A stretch of 30,633 bases of DNA. Origin: Gammaproteobacteria bacterium. GTDB lineage: Bacteria > Pseudomonadota > Gammaproteobacteria > Arenicellales > Spongiicolonaceae. The position numbers and the translations under genes are program-made. This document shows, piece by piece, positions 12,939 through 22,464 of this stretch. The first letter of the stretch is position 1. Each line of letters begins with the position of its first letter. The notes beneath the pieces were generated by a model. That model did no database searches. It worked only from the letters and a program-made list of their open reading frames with translations, and was not told where the DNA came from. The stretch is from positions 1 through 30,633 of the forward strand of contig RKSH01000193.1 in NCBI GenBank assembly GCA_007570945.1, written 5' to 3'.

Positions 12939-13964
12939 GTGGAATTTTTCACCGAGTACATTTTGTTTTTCGCCAAGACGGTGACGCTGATGTTCGCCGC
13001 CATTGCGGTGGTGGGTGCGGTGGCGGCGGCGGCGCAGCGGCACAAAAAGTCGCACCACGAAAAGTTGCAAGTCAAAAGCATCAACCAGCACTACCGCGAC
13101 ATGGAGGCCGCGCTGAACGCCGGCATCTTGGGCCGCAAAGAACTGAAAGCGCGCGGCCGGCGGGACAAAAAAGACCGCAAGGCGCGCGGCAAAAAACAAA
13201 GGGAGGGTGAGGGCGGCCGCGGTCGCGTTTATGTGCTGGAGTTTCACGGCGACTTGCAGGCCTCGGCGGTGGCCTCGCTGCGCGAGGAGGTCAGCGCGCT
13301 GCTCACCGTCGCCGGCGGCAGGGACGAGGTGGTGGTGAAACTGGAAAGCGGCGGCGGCATGGTGCACGGCTACGGCCTCGCCGCATCGCAACTGGCGCGC
13401 TTTAAGGAGCGCGGCATTCCGCTGACCGTCGCCGTGGACAAAGTCGCGGCCAGCGGCGGCTACCTGATGGCCTGCGTCGCCAACACCATCATCGCCGCGC
13501 CGTTTGCGGTCATCGGCTCCATCGGCGTGCTGGCGCAAATTCCAAACCTTCACCGCCTGCTGAAAAAACACGACATTGACTTTGAGCAGTTCACCGCCGG
13601 CGAGTTCAAGCGCACCGTCACTTTCCTCGGCCCCACCACCGACAAGGCGCGCGACAAAATGCAGCGCGACGTGGAGGACATGCACCGTCTGTTCAAGGAA
13701 TTCGTCGTCCGCCAGCGCCCCGGCGTTGACATTGAAAAAGTGTCCACTGGCGAACACTGGCCAGCGTTGCGCGCGCTGGAGTTGGGCCTGGTGGACAAGG
13801 TGCAGACCAGCGACGACTACCTCATGAGCCGCCGTGATGATGCCGACATTTACGCGGTCAAGTTCACCGTCCGGCAAACCCTGGCCGAGCGTTTGCGCCT
13901 GCCCTTCCTCAGTTCCGCATCCCGACGTGCCGCCGCCGCCCCCGGCCCGGCGCCCATGGTCTGA
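12939..13964 (+). CDS. sohB: Protease SohB (S49)
   Basis: LESGGGMVHGYGLAASQL, DKVAASGGYLMACVA, GSIGVLAQIPN, TAGEFKRT, TGEHW; GGAGG RBS before the GTG. Confidence 0.96.
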   Translation: MEFFTEYILFFAKTVTLMFAAIAVVGAVAAAAQRHKKSHHEKLQVKSINQHYRDMEAALNAGILGRKELKARGRRDKKDRKARGKKQREGEGGRGRVYVLEFHGDLQASAVASLREEVSALLTVAGGRDEVVVKLESGGGMVHGYGLAASQLARFKERGIPLTVAVDKVAASGGYLMACVANTIIAAPFAVIGSIGVLAQIPNLHRLLKKHDIDFEQFTAGEFKRTVTFLGPTTDKARDKMQRDVEDMHRLFKEFVVRQRPGVDIEKVSTGEHWPALRALELGLVDKVQTSDDYLMSRRDDADIYAVKFTVRQTLAERLRLPFLSSASRRAAAAPGPAPMV

Positions 13965-13967
13965 GCG

Positions 13968-14492
13968 GTGACGGTGTTCACCCTCGGCGGCCGCACTCCG
14001 GTGCTCGGCGATTGCTACATCGCGCCCGGCGCCACTGTTGTCGGCGGTGTCACCATCGGCGCCGGCAGCAGCGTGTGGTTCGGCGCCGTCATCCGCGGCG
14101 ACAGCGACGCCATCACCATCGGCGCCGGCAGCAACATCCAGGACGGCAGCGTTCTGCACACCGACCCCGGCTTCGCCCTCAGCATCGGCGACGGCGTCAC
14201 CATCGGCCACCAGTGCATGCTGCACGGCTGTGCCATCGGCGACGGCAGTTTAATCGGCATCCACAGCACCGTGCTCAACGGCGCGACCATCGGCCGCGAC
14301 TGTTTAATCGGCGCCCATAGTTTGGTCCCCGAGGGCCGCGCCATTCCCGGCCGCGTCCTCGCTTTCGGCGCGCCGGCCAAGGTGGTGCGCGTGCTCAGCG
14401 ACGAGGAAGTCGCCGCCCTGCGCGCCAACGCCGAGGTGTACGTACGGCGCGCGCGGCGGTACCGCGGGCAACTGCGCGAGGCCCGGCGGTGA
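13968..14492 (+). CDS. Gamma carbonic anhydrase family protein
   Basis: VWFGAVIRGD, NIQDGSVLHTD, TIGHQCMLHGC; hexapeptide repeats. Confidence 0.94.
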   Translation: MTVFTLGGRTPVLGDCYIAPGATVVGGVTIGAGSSVWFGAVIRGDSDAITIGAGSNIQDGSVLHTDPGFALSIGDGVTIGHQCMLHGCAIGDGSLIGIHSTVLNGATIGRDCLIGAHSLVPEGRAIPGRVLAFGAPAKVVRVLSDEEVAALRANAEVYVRRARRYRGQLREARR

Positions 14493-15481
14493 CCGCGGTC
14501 ATGAACGCGGTTGAAATCACCGCACCCGGCGGGCCGGAGATGCTGCGCATGGTAAAGCGGCCGCGGCCGTCACCGGCCGCCGGCGAGGCGCTGATTAAAG
14601 TCACTGCCGCCGGCGTCAACCGCCCCGACATCATGCAACGCGAAGGCCGGTACCCGCCGCCGCCCGGCGCCAGCGATATTCCCGGTCTTGAAGTCGCCGG
14701 CACCGTCACCGCCGTCGGTGACGGCGTCGACGCCGGGATGGTCGGCGCTGAGGTTTGCGCGCTGGTCACCGGCGGCGGTTACGCCGAACTGTGCACCGCC
14801 GCCGCCGCATTGTGCCTGCCGTGGCCCGACGGTTATGACGCCGTCCGCGCCGCCGTATTGCCGGAAACTTTCTTCACCGTGTGGACCAATGTCTTTCAGC
14901 GCGCCAACTTGCGGCGCGGCGAGACGCTGCTGGTGCACGGCGGCGCCGGCGGCATCGGCACCACCGCCATTCAACTCGCCCGTGCTTTCGGCGCCACCGT
15001 CCTCACCACCGCCGGCAGCGACGCCAAGTGCGAGGCATGCCTCGGCCTCGGCGCCGCGCGCGCCGTCAACTACAACAGCGAAGACTTCGCCGCCGCGGTC
15101 CGTGACGCCACCGGCGGTGACGGCGTCAACGTCATTTTGGACATGGTCGGCGGCGACTACCTGCGGCGCAACATCGGTTGCCTGGCCGCCGGCGGCCGCC
15201 TGGTGCAAATCGCGCTGCAGCGCGGCGCCAAGGGCGAGTTGGATTTGTCCGCGGTGATGCTGAAACGGCTCACCATCACCGGCTCCACCCTGCGCGCCCG
15301 CAGCGTCACCGAGAAAACGGCCATCGCCGATGCGCTGCGCGCGCATGTTTGGCCGCTGCTTAACGACCAAACCGTCGCGCCGGTGATGCACAAAACCTTT
15401 TCGCTGCCCGAGGCCGCCGCCGCGCATGCCGAGTTGGATTGCGGCGCGCATATTGGCAAGGTGGCGCTGACGGTGGACTGA
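14489..15481 (+). CDS. NAD(P)H-quinone oxidoreductase (PIG3/zeta-crystallin MDR family)
   Basis: GVNRPD..QR.G.YPPPPGASDIPGLEVAG, PETFFTVW.N, HGGAGGIGT. Start GTG 14489 or ATG 14501. Confidence 0.94.
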   Translation: MTAVMNAVEITAPGGPEMLRMVKRPRPSPAAGEALIKVTAAGVNRPDIMQREGRYPPPPGASDIPGLEVAGTVTAVGDGVDAGMVGAEVCALVTGGGYAELCTAAAALCLPWPDGYDAVRAAVLPETFFTVWTNVFQRANLRRGETLLVHGGAGGIGTTAIQLARAFGATVLTTAGSDAKCEACLGLGAARAVNYNSEDFAAAVRDATGGDGVNVILDMVGGDYLRRNIGCLAAGGRLVQIALQRGAKGELDLSAVMLKRLTITGSTLRARSVTEKTAIADALRAHVWPLLNDQTVAPVMHKTFSLPEAAAAHAELDCGAHIGKVALTVD

Positions 15482-15496
15482 GGCGCCGGGCCGGGT

Positions 15497-15525
15497 TTGA
15501 CAGGGGCGGCGGCTGAATTTATGAT
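15497..15525 (+). promoter_or_regulatory. Near-consensus sigma70 promoter for metK-ahcY
   Basis: TTGACA(15497-15502)-17 bp-TATGAT(15520-15525); AGGAG RBS at 15554-15558. Confidence 0.8.
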
Positions 15526-15564
15526 GGCGCCGTCACTTTCACCCGCCCACCGCAGGAGATTCCA

Positions 15565-16740
15565 ATGCCGCGCAATTGTTCGTTCAGTTCAGAATCGGTG
15601 TCCGAGGGGCATCCGGACAAGGTCTGCGACCAAATTTCCGATGCAATTCTGGATGCCGCGCTGGTTGCGGCGGGGGAGGAACAGGCGCGGCGCCGGGTGC
15701 GGGCGGCGTGCGAGACCATGGTTAAAAACAACCGCGTGGTGCTCGGCGGCGAGATCAGCAGCGCGGGCTTGGACTACGACAAAATTGTGCGCGCCGTGGT
15801 GAACGGCATCGGCTACAACCGCGACGAGCTGGGCTTTAATGGCGGCACCTGCCGCGTTGAAAATTACATCGGCGAGCAATCGCCCGACATCGCCCAGGGC
15901 GTGGACCGCGATGAGAGAAAAAACCAGGGCGCCGGCGACCAGGGGATGATGTTCGGTTATGCATGCAGCGAGACCGAGGAGTTGATGCCGGCGCCGATTT
16001 TTTACGCCCATCAGTTGATGCGGCGGCATGCCGAGTTGCGCCGCACTGAAAAATTTCCATGGCTGCGGCCCGACGCCAAGGCGCAGCTCAGCGTCCGCTA
16101 TGAGGGCGATGCGCCGGTGGCGGTGGAGACCGTGGTGCTGTCCACCCAGCACGATGAAAGCGTCACCCGGCAACAGATTAAAGAGGCGGTGGTGGAGGAA
16201 ATCATCAAGCCGGTGCTGGCGGAAAAATGGCCCGGCGGCAAATCCCAATACCTCATCAACCCCACCGGCAAATTCGTCATCGGCGGACCGGTGGGCGACT
16301 GCGGACTCACCGGGCGCAAGATTATCGTGGACACCTACGGCGGCTCGGCGCGCCACGGCGGCGGGGCCTTTTCCGGCAAGGACCCGTCCAAGGTCGACCG
16401 CTCGGCGGCCTATGCCATGCGCCATGTGGCAAAAAATATCGTCGCCGCCGGACTGGCCGCGCGTTGCGAGGTGCAAATCGCCTACGCCATCGGCAAGGCC
16501 GAGCCGGTGAGTTTAATGGTGGAAACTTTCGGCACCGCGCACAAAAAGTTAAGCGACCGGCGCATAGAACAATTGGTGCGCGCGCATTTTAAGCTTGCGC
16601 CGGCCGACATCACCGACTCGCTGGATTTACTGCAGCCGATTTACCGTGAAACCGCCGCCCATGGCCACTTCGGGCGCGCCGGGTTTCCCTGGGAAAAAAC
16701 CGACAAGGCGGACGCATTGCGCGACGCCGCCGGCATTTAA
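15565..16740 (+). CDS. metK: S-adenosylmethionine synthetase
   Basis: [41 protein letters not shown]. Confidence 0.98.
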   Translation: MPRNCSFSSESVSEGHPDKVCDQISDAILDAALVAAGEEQARRRVRAACETMVKNNRVVLGGEISSAGLDYDKIVRAVVNGIGYNRDELGFNGGTCRVENYIGEQSPDIAQGVDRDERKNQGAGDQGMMFGYACSETEELMPAPIFYAHQLMRRHAELRRTEKFPWLRPDAKAQLSVRYEGDAPVAVETVVLSTQHDESVTRQQIKEAVVEEIIKPVLAEKWPGGKSQYLINPTGKFVIGGPVGDCGLTGRKIIVDTYGGSARHGGGAFSGKDPSKVDRSAAYAMRHVAKNIVAAGLAARCEVQIAYAIGKAEPVSLMVETFGTAHKKLSDRRIEQLVRAHFKLAPADITDSLDLLQPIYRETAAHGHFGRAGFPWEKTDKADALRDAAGI

Positions 16741-16780
16741 CCACCCTCGCCATCACCGTAAAAAACCGGAGGAGCAAGCC

Positions 16781-18094
16781 ATGCCCGCACAGCCTGTCCG
16801 CAAACTGCACGAAGATTACAAAGTCGCCGACATCACCCTCGCCGACTGGGGGCGCCGGGAGATTCGCATCGCCGAAACCGAAATGCCGGGCCTGATGGCG
16901 TTGCGCCGCGAATACCGTGACGCGCAGCCGCTGGCCGGCGCGCGCATCGCCGGCTGCCTGCACATGACGGTGCAGACCGCGGTGCTGATCGAGACGCTCA
17001 CCGAGTTGGGCGCCGAGGTGCGCTGGTCATCGTGCAACATTTTTTCCACCCAGGACCATGCCGCCGCCGCCATCGCCGCCAGCGGCGTGCCGGTGTTCGC
17101 ATGGAAAGGGGAGAGCGAGGAGGAATACTGGTGGTGCGTGGAGCGGACCATTCTCGGCCCCGGCAACTGGCGCCCGAATATGCTGCTGGACGACGGCGGC
17201 GACCTGACGGCGATGATGCACGACAAGCATTTCAGCCTGCTGGATGACGTGCGCGGCCTGTCCGAGGAGACCACCACCGGCGTGCACCGGCTGTACGAGA
17301 TGATGGAAAACGGAACGTTGCGGGTGCCGGTGTTTAATGTGAACGACTCGGTCACCAAGTCCAAGTTCGACAACTTGTACGGCTGCCGCGAGTCGCTGCT
17401 GGACGGCATCAAGCGCGCCACCGACGTGATGATTGCCGGCAAGGTCGCCGTGGTGTGCGGCTACGGCGATGTGGGCAAGGGCTGCGCGCAGTCGTTGCGC
17501 GCCCAGGGCGCGGCGGTGCAGGTCACCGAATGCGACCCGATTTGCGCGCTGCAGGCGGCGATGGAAGGTTACCGCGTGGTCACCATGGAAGAGGCCGCGC
17601 CGCGCGGGGATATTTTTGTCACCGCCACCGGCAACTGGCATGTCATCACCCGCGGGCACATGGCGGCGATGAAGGACCAGGCCATTGTGTGCAACATCGG
17701 CCACTTTGACAGTGAAATTGACGTGGCCGGCCTGCGCGAATACCAATGGGAAAACATCAAGCCGCAGGTGGACCATGTCATTTTCCCCGATGGCAAGCGC
17801 ATTATCCTGCTCGCCGAAGGCCGCCTGGTCAACCTCGGCTGCGCCACCGGCCACCCGAGTTTTGTCATGTCCAACTCGTTCACCAACCAGGTGCTGGCGC
17901 AGATGGAACTGTGGGGCAACCCGGGCAAGTACGGGAAAAAAGTTTACGTGCTGCCCAAAGCGCTGGACGAAAAAGTCGCCCGCCTGCACCTGGACAAAAT
18001 CGGCGCGCGGCTGACGCGGCTCAGCGCAAAACAGGCCGAATACATCGGCGTACCGGAGGAGGGGCCGTTTAAGCCGGAGTATTATCGGTATTGA
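16781..18094 (+). CDS. ahcY: Adenosylhomocysteinase
   Basis: [55 protein letters not shown]; GGAGG RBS. Confidence 0.98.
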   Translation: MPAQPVRKLHEDYKVADITLADWGRREIRIAETEMPGLMALRREYRDAQPLAGARIAGCLHMTVQTAVLIETLTELGAEVRWSSCNIFSTQDHAAAAIAASGVPVFAWKGESEEEYWWCVERTILGPGNWRPNMLLDDGGDLTAMMHDKHFSLLDDVRGLSEETTTGVHRLYEMMENGTLRVPVFNVNDSVTKSKFDNLYGCRESLLDGIKRATDVMIAGKVAVVCGYGDVGKGCAQSLRAQGAAVQVTECDPICALQAAMEGYRVVTMEEAAPRGDIFVTATGNWHVITRGHMAAMKDQAIVCNIGHFDSEIDVAGLREYQWENIKPQVDHVIFPDGKRIILLAEGRLVNLGCATGHPSFVMSNSFTNQVLAQMELWGNPGKYGKKVYVLPKALDEKVARLHLDKIGARLTRLSAKQAEYIGVPEEGPFKPEYYRY

Positions 18095-18176
18095 CGGTGG
18101 TCCCGGACCTGGTCACATTTGATTTGTTCTGAGTTCATCACCGCCTTGCCAAATTGGCCGATGAAATGAAAGTTCA

Positions 18177-18305
18177 ATGAAAGCCGTTGTTGCATGCGCC
18201 GGGTCCAAGGCCGAAGATACCGGGTATTGGACGACCGAAGAAGGCGGAAGAGTGATGCTTGTCGCGCGCCCCGGCCACGCGCCGGGCGGTGATGGTTTTC
18301 TTTAA
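18177..18305 (+). pseudogene. Possible 42-codon gene remnant
   Basis: MKAVVACAGSKAEDTGYWTTEEGGRVMLVARPGHAPGGDGFL* in an otherwise empty, AT-richer 244-bp gap. It reads like a protein N-terminus, but the family is not securely recognised. Confidence 0.3.
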
Positions 18306-18338
18306 GTGTGTGCATGACTTTATGCACGGGAGAATCAC

Positions 18339-19157
18339 ATGTTAGCCCTCATCACCGCCCTCCCCAGTGAAGCCCGGCCGCTGATTGACACTCTCCGCCT
18401 CAAGCGCATTATTCCCGAATCGCCGTTCGCGGTTTACCGGGGCGACGACGTTTTTTTAATTGTCAGCGGCATTGGCGCCGTTGCAAGCGCATGCGCCGTC
18501 GGATTTTTGCGCGGGCAAATGGATGCGCCGGCGGCATGGCTCAACGTCGGCATTGCCGGACACGCCAATCTTGCGGTGGGCGAGGCGATGCTGGCGAACA
18601 AAATCACCGCCGCCGCCGGCGGGCGCAACTGGTATCCGCCGCGCGTTTTTCCCTGGGCCGGCCACGACGGCGCGCTGGTGACGGTGCCGCAACCGCGCGC
18701 CGCATATGCGGCCGGTGAAGCATATGATATGGAGGCGGCCGGGTTTTATCCGGCGGCCTGCCGATTTGCCGATGCGGAGTTGGTGCAGTGTTTGAAGATT
18801 ATTTCCGACGGCCCGCTGTCGCCGATGTCCGGCCTGGACCGGACGAAAGTTGCCGGCCTGGTGCACGCGCGCATGGAAACAGTGCTGCAACTTGCCGGAA
18901 TTTTGCAGTCGCTTTGCGCGGAAAGGGTTTACGATTCACCCGGCGGTGCGCTTTACGAAAAAATTTCGCGGCAAGCCCGTTTCAGTGAAACACAAAAACA
19001 ACAACTCAAAAATCGCCTCCGCCGCCTCGCGCTCCTGGTGCCGCGGGCGGATGATGATGCGATGACCGCCCTCGCCGGCGCGCAAAGCGCGGCGCAGATT
19101 TTGCGACGGCTGGAAGCGCGCCTCAATGCGGCGTCACGGGACCTCGGCCATGGTTGA
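18339..19157 (+). CDS. Nucleoside phosphorylase/MTA-SAH nucleosidase-like protein (PNP_UDP_1 fold) with C-terminal extension
   Basis: ITALPSEA, VSGIG, NVGIAG, DMEAAG, KIISD; GGAG RBS. Confidence 0.8.
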   Translation: MLALITALPSEARPLIDTLRLKRIIPESPFAVYRGDDVFLIVSGIGAVASACAVGFLRGQMDAPAAWLNVGIAGHANLAVGEAMLANKITAAAGGRNWYPPRVFPWAGHDGALVTVPQPRAAYAAGEAYDMEAAGFYPAACRFADAELVQCLKIISDGPLSPMSGLDRTKVAGLVHARMETVLQLAGILQSLCAERVYDSPGGALYEKISRQARFSETQKQQLKNRLRRLALLVPRADDDAMTALAGAQSAAQILRRLEARLNAASRDLGHG

Positions 19158-20163
19158 TTTGATTTACCGTGAGGCCGCCCTGCGCGGCGATGCGCGGGCC
19201 GAGTCGGTGCTGCGGCGTTTTCCCAAGGCGTCGGTGGTGGAATGCGGGCGCTACGGCGAGGTGTTCAACCCGAAAGCGCAGAACTTCCGCCTGCAGAAAA
19301 AACGCCCGGCGCTTATTCTTGCGCGCAAGCACCGGCGGCGGATGCTGCCGGCGCCGCCCGGATACGGCATCGGCGGCGCGCACAACTATTATTTTTCCCA
19401 CATGCTGAACTGTGTTTATGACTGCCGCTACTGTTTTTTACAGGGCATGTTTCGCTCGGCGAATTATGTTTTGTTTGTGAACTTTGAATCGTTCCAGCGT
19501 GACATGGATGAATTGTTGGCGCGCCATGCCGGCGAGCCGGTGTGGTTTTTCTCCGGCTATGACTGCGACAGTCTGGCGCTGGACGGCATGAGCGGTTTTG
19601 CCGATGCCTTCCTGCCGTTTTTTGCCGGGCGGCCGCGCGCGTTTCTGGAACTGCGCACCAAGAGCACGCAGGTGAGCGCACTGCTTAGACGCGCGGCGCT
19701 GCCCAATGTAGTGACCGCGTTCAGCTTCACTCCTGAGGAAATTTCCCGCACACTGGAGCGCGGCGTCCCGTCCATTGCCAAGCGCATCAAAGCCGCCGCG
19801 CGCCTGCAACAAAACGGCTGGCCGGTGGCGTTGCGCTTTGACCCGCTCATGGACAGCGCCGACTTTTGCGGCCAGTATGCGCGTTTGTTTGACGCCGTGT
19901 TTGCCGCGCTCGACGCCGGCGCGCTGCACTCGGTTTCCCTCGGCGCGTTTCGCATGCCGCGCAACTTTTACAAAAACATTGCGCGTTTGTATCCCGGCGA
20001 AAAACTTTTTGCCCGTGCTTACGCCGCCGCCGGCGGCGTCACCGTCTACCCGCCGCAAACCGAGCGCGCGATGGTTGACTTCTGCGCCGAAAAAATTCGG
20101 CGCCATATCCCGGCGCGGAAATTTTTCCACAACTCCGCTCCCGCCCATGCGCCCGGCGTTTAG
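19150..20163 (+). CDS. Spore photoproduct lyase-like radical SAM protein
   Basis: CxxxCxxC (NCVYDCRYC) followed by FLQGM, ELRTKS, LERGVPS..RI.AA, LRFDP; overlaps the upstream gene. Confidence 0.88.
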   Translation: MVDLIYREAALRGDARAESVLRRFPKASVVECGRYGEVFNPKAQNFRLQKKRPALILARKHRRRMLPAPPGYGIGGAHNYYFSHMLNCVYDCRYCFLQGMFRSANYVLFVNFESFQRDMDELLARHAGEPVWFFSGYDCDSLALDGMSGFADAFLPFFAGRPRAFLELRTKSTQVSALLRRAALPNVVTAFSFTPEEISRTLERGVPSIAKRIKAAARLQQNGWPVALRFDPLMDSADFCGQYARLFDAVFAALDAGALHSVSLGAFRMPRNFYKNIARLYPGEKLFARAYAAAGGVTVYPPQTERAMVDFCAEKIRRHIPARKFFHNSAPAHAPGV

Positions 20164-20869
20164 CAAAAAGAATTTTCTGGTCACCGGCGCAAGTTCCGGC
20201 ATCGGCCGTGCCGTCACCCAGTCGCTGCTGGCCGGCGGCGCAAAAGTCACCGGCATCGCCCGCGATTTGTCCCGCGCCGCGCCGGCGGACAATTTTCGCC
20301 GCCGGGAAATGGACCTCGGCGATTTGAAAAAATTGCCGCAAAACCTCACCGCTTTGCAAAAGCAATGCGCCGACCTTGACGGCGCGGCGCTGTGCGCCGG
20401 GGCCGGGCGTTTTGGCTCGCTGGAGGAATTTTCCCACGGACAAATCAGCGCGCTGCTGGACTTAAATTTAACCTCGCAAATTTATTTAACCCGCGCGCTG
20501 TTGCCGGCATTGAAACGCAACCGCGGACGTCTGGTTTTTATCGGCTCCGAGGCGGCCCTCGCCGGCGCGCCCCGGGGCGCGGTGTATTGCGCGGCCAAGT
20601 TCGGCCTGCGCGGCTTCGCCCAGTCCCTGCGTCTTGAGTGCGCCGCGGCCGGCATGCGCGTCACCATTATCAACCCCGGCATGGTGCGCACGCGGTTTTT
20701 TGACGGCCTCTCATTTGAGCCCGGCCAGGATGCGGACAACGCCCTCACCGCCGGGGAAGTCGCCGCGGCCGTGGTGCATGCGCTTGGCATGGACGGCGGC
20801 GTGGTGGATGAAATTAATTTATCGCCGCTGAAAAAAGTCGTGGCGCGCAAACCGCCGCCCTCACCCTGA
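20147..20869 (+). CDS. Short-chain dehydrogenase/reductase
   Basis: VTGASSGIG, catalytic S and YCAAK, NPGMVRT. ATG 20147 overlaps the radical SAM gene end. Confidence 0.92.
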   Translation: MRPAFSKKNFLVTGASSGIGRAVTQSLLAGGAKVTGIARDLSRAAPADNFRRREMDLGDLKKLPQNLTALQKQCADLDGAALCAGAGRFGSLEEFSHGQISALLDLNLTSQIYLTRALLPALKRNRGRLVFIGSEAALAGAPRGAVYCAAKFGLRGFAQSLRLECAAAGMRVTIINPGMVRTRFFDGLSFEPGQDADNALTAGEVAAAVVHALGMDGGVVDEINLSPLKKVVARKPPPSP

Positions 20870-21526
20870 TGCCGCCAGCCGGTGCGCCGCGCGCGTGGTT
20901 TCCGGCAGGCGGTATTTTTTGCAGCAGGCGAGGGTGAAGTTCACCGCGGCGCGGTGCGAGACACGGTGGCCGGGGGAGACGAACAACGGTTTTTTGCCGG
21001 CGCGCGCGCGCAACACGCTGCCGATGCGCTCGTTGTTGTGCATCAGCGCGGCGGTTGCGCCTTTTTCATTGCCCGGTTCACGGAAATCGCCAATCAGCCG
21101 CGACTTGGCGACGCCGATTGCGGGGATGCCGGTGGCGACGCCGAAGTGGCAGGCGATGCCGAAGCGTCTCGGGTGGGCGATGCCCTGGCCGTCGCACAGC
21201 ACCAGGTCGGGCGGGGCGCGCAATTTTGCCAGCGCATCCAGCAGCACCGGCAACTCGCGAAACGACAGAAATCCCGGCACATATGGAAAGTCAACCGTCC
21301 GCACCGCCGTCGCGCAGTCCGTCACCGTCAGTTGCGGAAACGAAAGTACCACTATCGCGCCGCGCATGGTTTTTTTGTCCACCATTCCGACGTCCGCGCC
21401 GGCCACGTTGCGCACCGCCGCATCCGCATCGTCGCTCAAGTCCACCATTTTGCACATTGCATCCTGCACGCGCCGCGCCTCGGCGAAGCCGGGCGGCGCC
21501 GGGTTAAATTGCGTTAAGTCGCGCAC
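20861..21526 (-). CDS. nfi: Endonuclease V (deoxyinosine 3' endonuclease)
   Basis: AGADVG, YVPGFLSFRE, DGQGIAHPRRFGIA, GVAKS, SPGH, YRLPE. Start uncertain (GTG 21526, or ATG 21562 abutting dapB). Confidence 0.95.
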   Translation of the reverse strand: MRDLTQFNPAPPGFAEARRVQDAMCKMVDLSDDADAAVRNVAGADVGMVDKKTMRGAIVVLSFPQLTVTDCATAVRTVDFPYVPGFLSFRELPVLLDALAKLRAPPDLVLCDGQGIAHPRRFGIACHFGVATGIPAIGVAKSRLIGDFREPGNEKGATAALMHNNERIGSVLRARAGKKPLFVSPGHRVSHRAAVNFTLACCKKYRLPETTRAAHRLAASG

Positions 21527-21564
21527 TCGGCTATGGTGCCGCAAACGGTGCGGAGAAAACAAAC

Positions 21565-22359
21565 ATGATTAAAGTCGCGGTCAGCGGCGCCGCCGGGCGC
21601 ATGGGCTCGGCGGTGGCGCGCGTTGCCGCCGCCGATGCCGGCGCCGTGCTCACCACCGCCGTGGGGCGCGCCGGCAGCGATGCCATCGGCCGCGACCTGG
21701 GCGCGGTCAGCGGCGCCGCCGGTTGCGCCGGGGTCACCGTCACCGATTCGCTTGACGGCGATTTTGACGTGCTGATTGATTTCACCACGCCGGCCGCGAC
21801 CGTGGCATATGCAAAAGCATGCGCCGAAAACTCGCGCCGCATGGTCATCGGCACCACCGGCCTCGGCGATGCCGACAAGGCCGCCATCACCGCCGCCGCC
21901 GGCCGCACCGCCATCGTCCTCGCGCCCAACATGAGCGTCGGCGTGACCTTGTGCCTGCGCCTACTGGCCGCCGCCGCGCGCGCCCTCGGCGACTCCGCCG
22001 ACATTGAAATCGTGGAGGCGCACCACCGCCACAAAAGGGACGCGCCTTCCGGCACCGCGTTGCGCATGGGCGAGGCGGTGGCCGCCGCGCTCGGCCGCGA
22101 CCTTAAAAAGGACGGCGTGTTTGCCCGCCACGGCGCCACCGGCCCGCGCCCGCCCGGCGCCATCGGCTTCTCCACCATTCGCGCCGCCGACATTGTCGGC
22201 GAGCACAGCGTGTGGTTCGCCTCCCCCGGCGAGCGCGTGGAAATCACCCACCGCGCCGCCGACCGCATCAACTTCGCCCATGGCGCCCTGCGCGCCGCCA
22301 AGTGGCTCGCCACGCAAGAGCGCGGGCTGTTTGACATGGGGGATGTGCTGGGGCTATGA
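21565..22359 (+). CDS. dapB: 4-hydroxy-tetrahydrodipicolinate reductase
   Basis: GAAGRMG, DFT.P, GTTG, EAHHRHKRDAPSGTAL, R..FA.GA. Confidence 0.97.
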   Translation: MIKVAVSGAAGRMGSAVARVAAADAGAVLTTAVGRAGSDAIGRDLGAVSGAAGCAGVTVTDSLDGDFDVLIDFTTPAATVAYAKACAENSRRMVIGTTGLGDADKAAITAAAGRTAIVLAPNMSVGVTLCLRLLAAAARALGDSADIEIVEAHHRHKRDAPSGTALRMGEAVAAALGRDLKKDGVFARHGATGPRPPGAIGFSTIRAADIVGEHSVWFASPGERVEITHRAADRINFAHGALRAAKWLATQERGLFDMGDVLGL

Positions 22360-22452
22360 GGCATTGGCGCATGCCGGCCGTGCTGCGCGGCGGGCCGGGC
22401 GGGAAAAGTTAAACATCAGCGCCGCCTTCACCGGCAACCACCGCCGCCGTAT

Positions 22453-22458
22453 TACAAT
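22453..22458 (+). promoter_or_regulatory. -10 hexamer (TACAAT) immediately before hom
   Basis: TACAAT ends 6 nt before the ATG at 22465; no SD in between. Confidence 0.45.
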
Positions 22459-22464
22459 ACCCCG

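Noticed and set aside
14040-14300. Recurring ATCGGCG(C/A)CGGC units resembling an array
   Set aside because: These are the hexapeptide (left-handed beta-helix) repeats of the gamma-CA coding sequence; no constant repeat/unique spacer structure, so not CRISPR.
15526-16780. SAM or SAH riboswitch before metK or ahcY
   Set aside because: The metK leader is only ~33 nt and the metK-ahcY gap 40 nt. GAGGAGC before ahcY is explained by the RBS, and the rest of the SAH aptamer is not visible.
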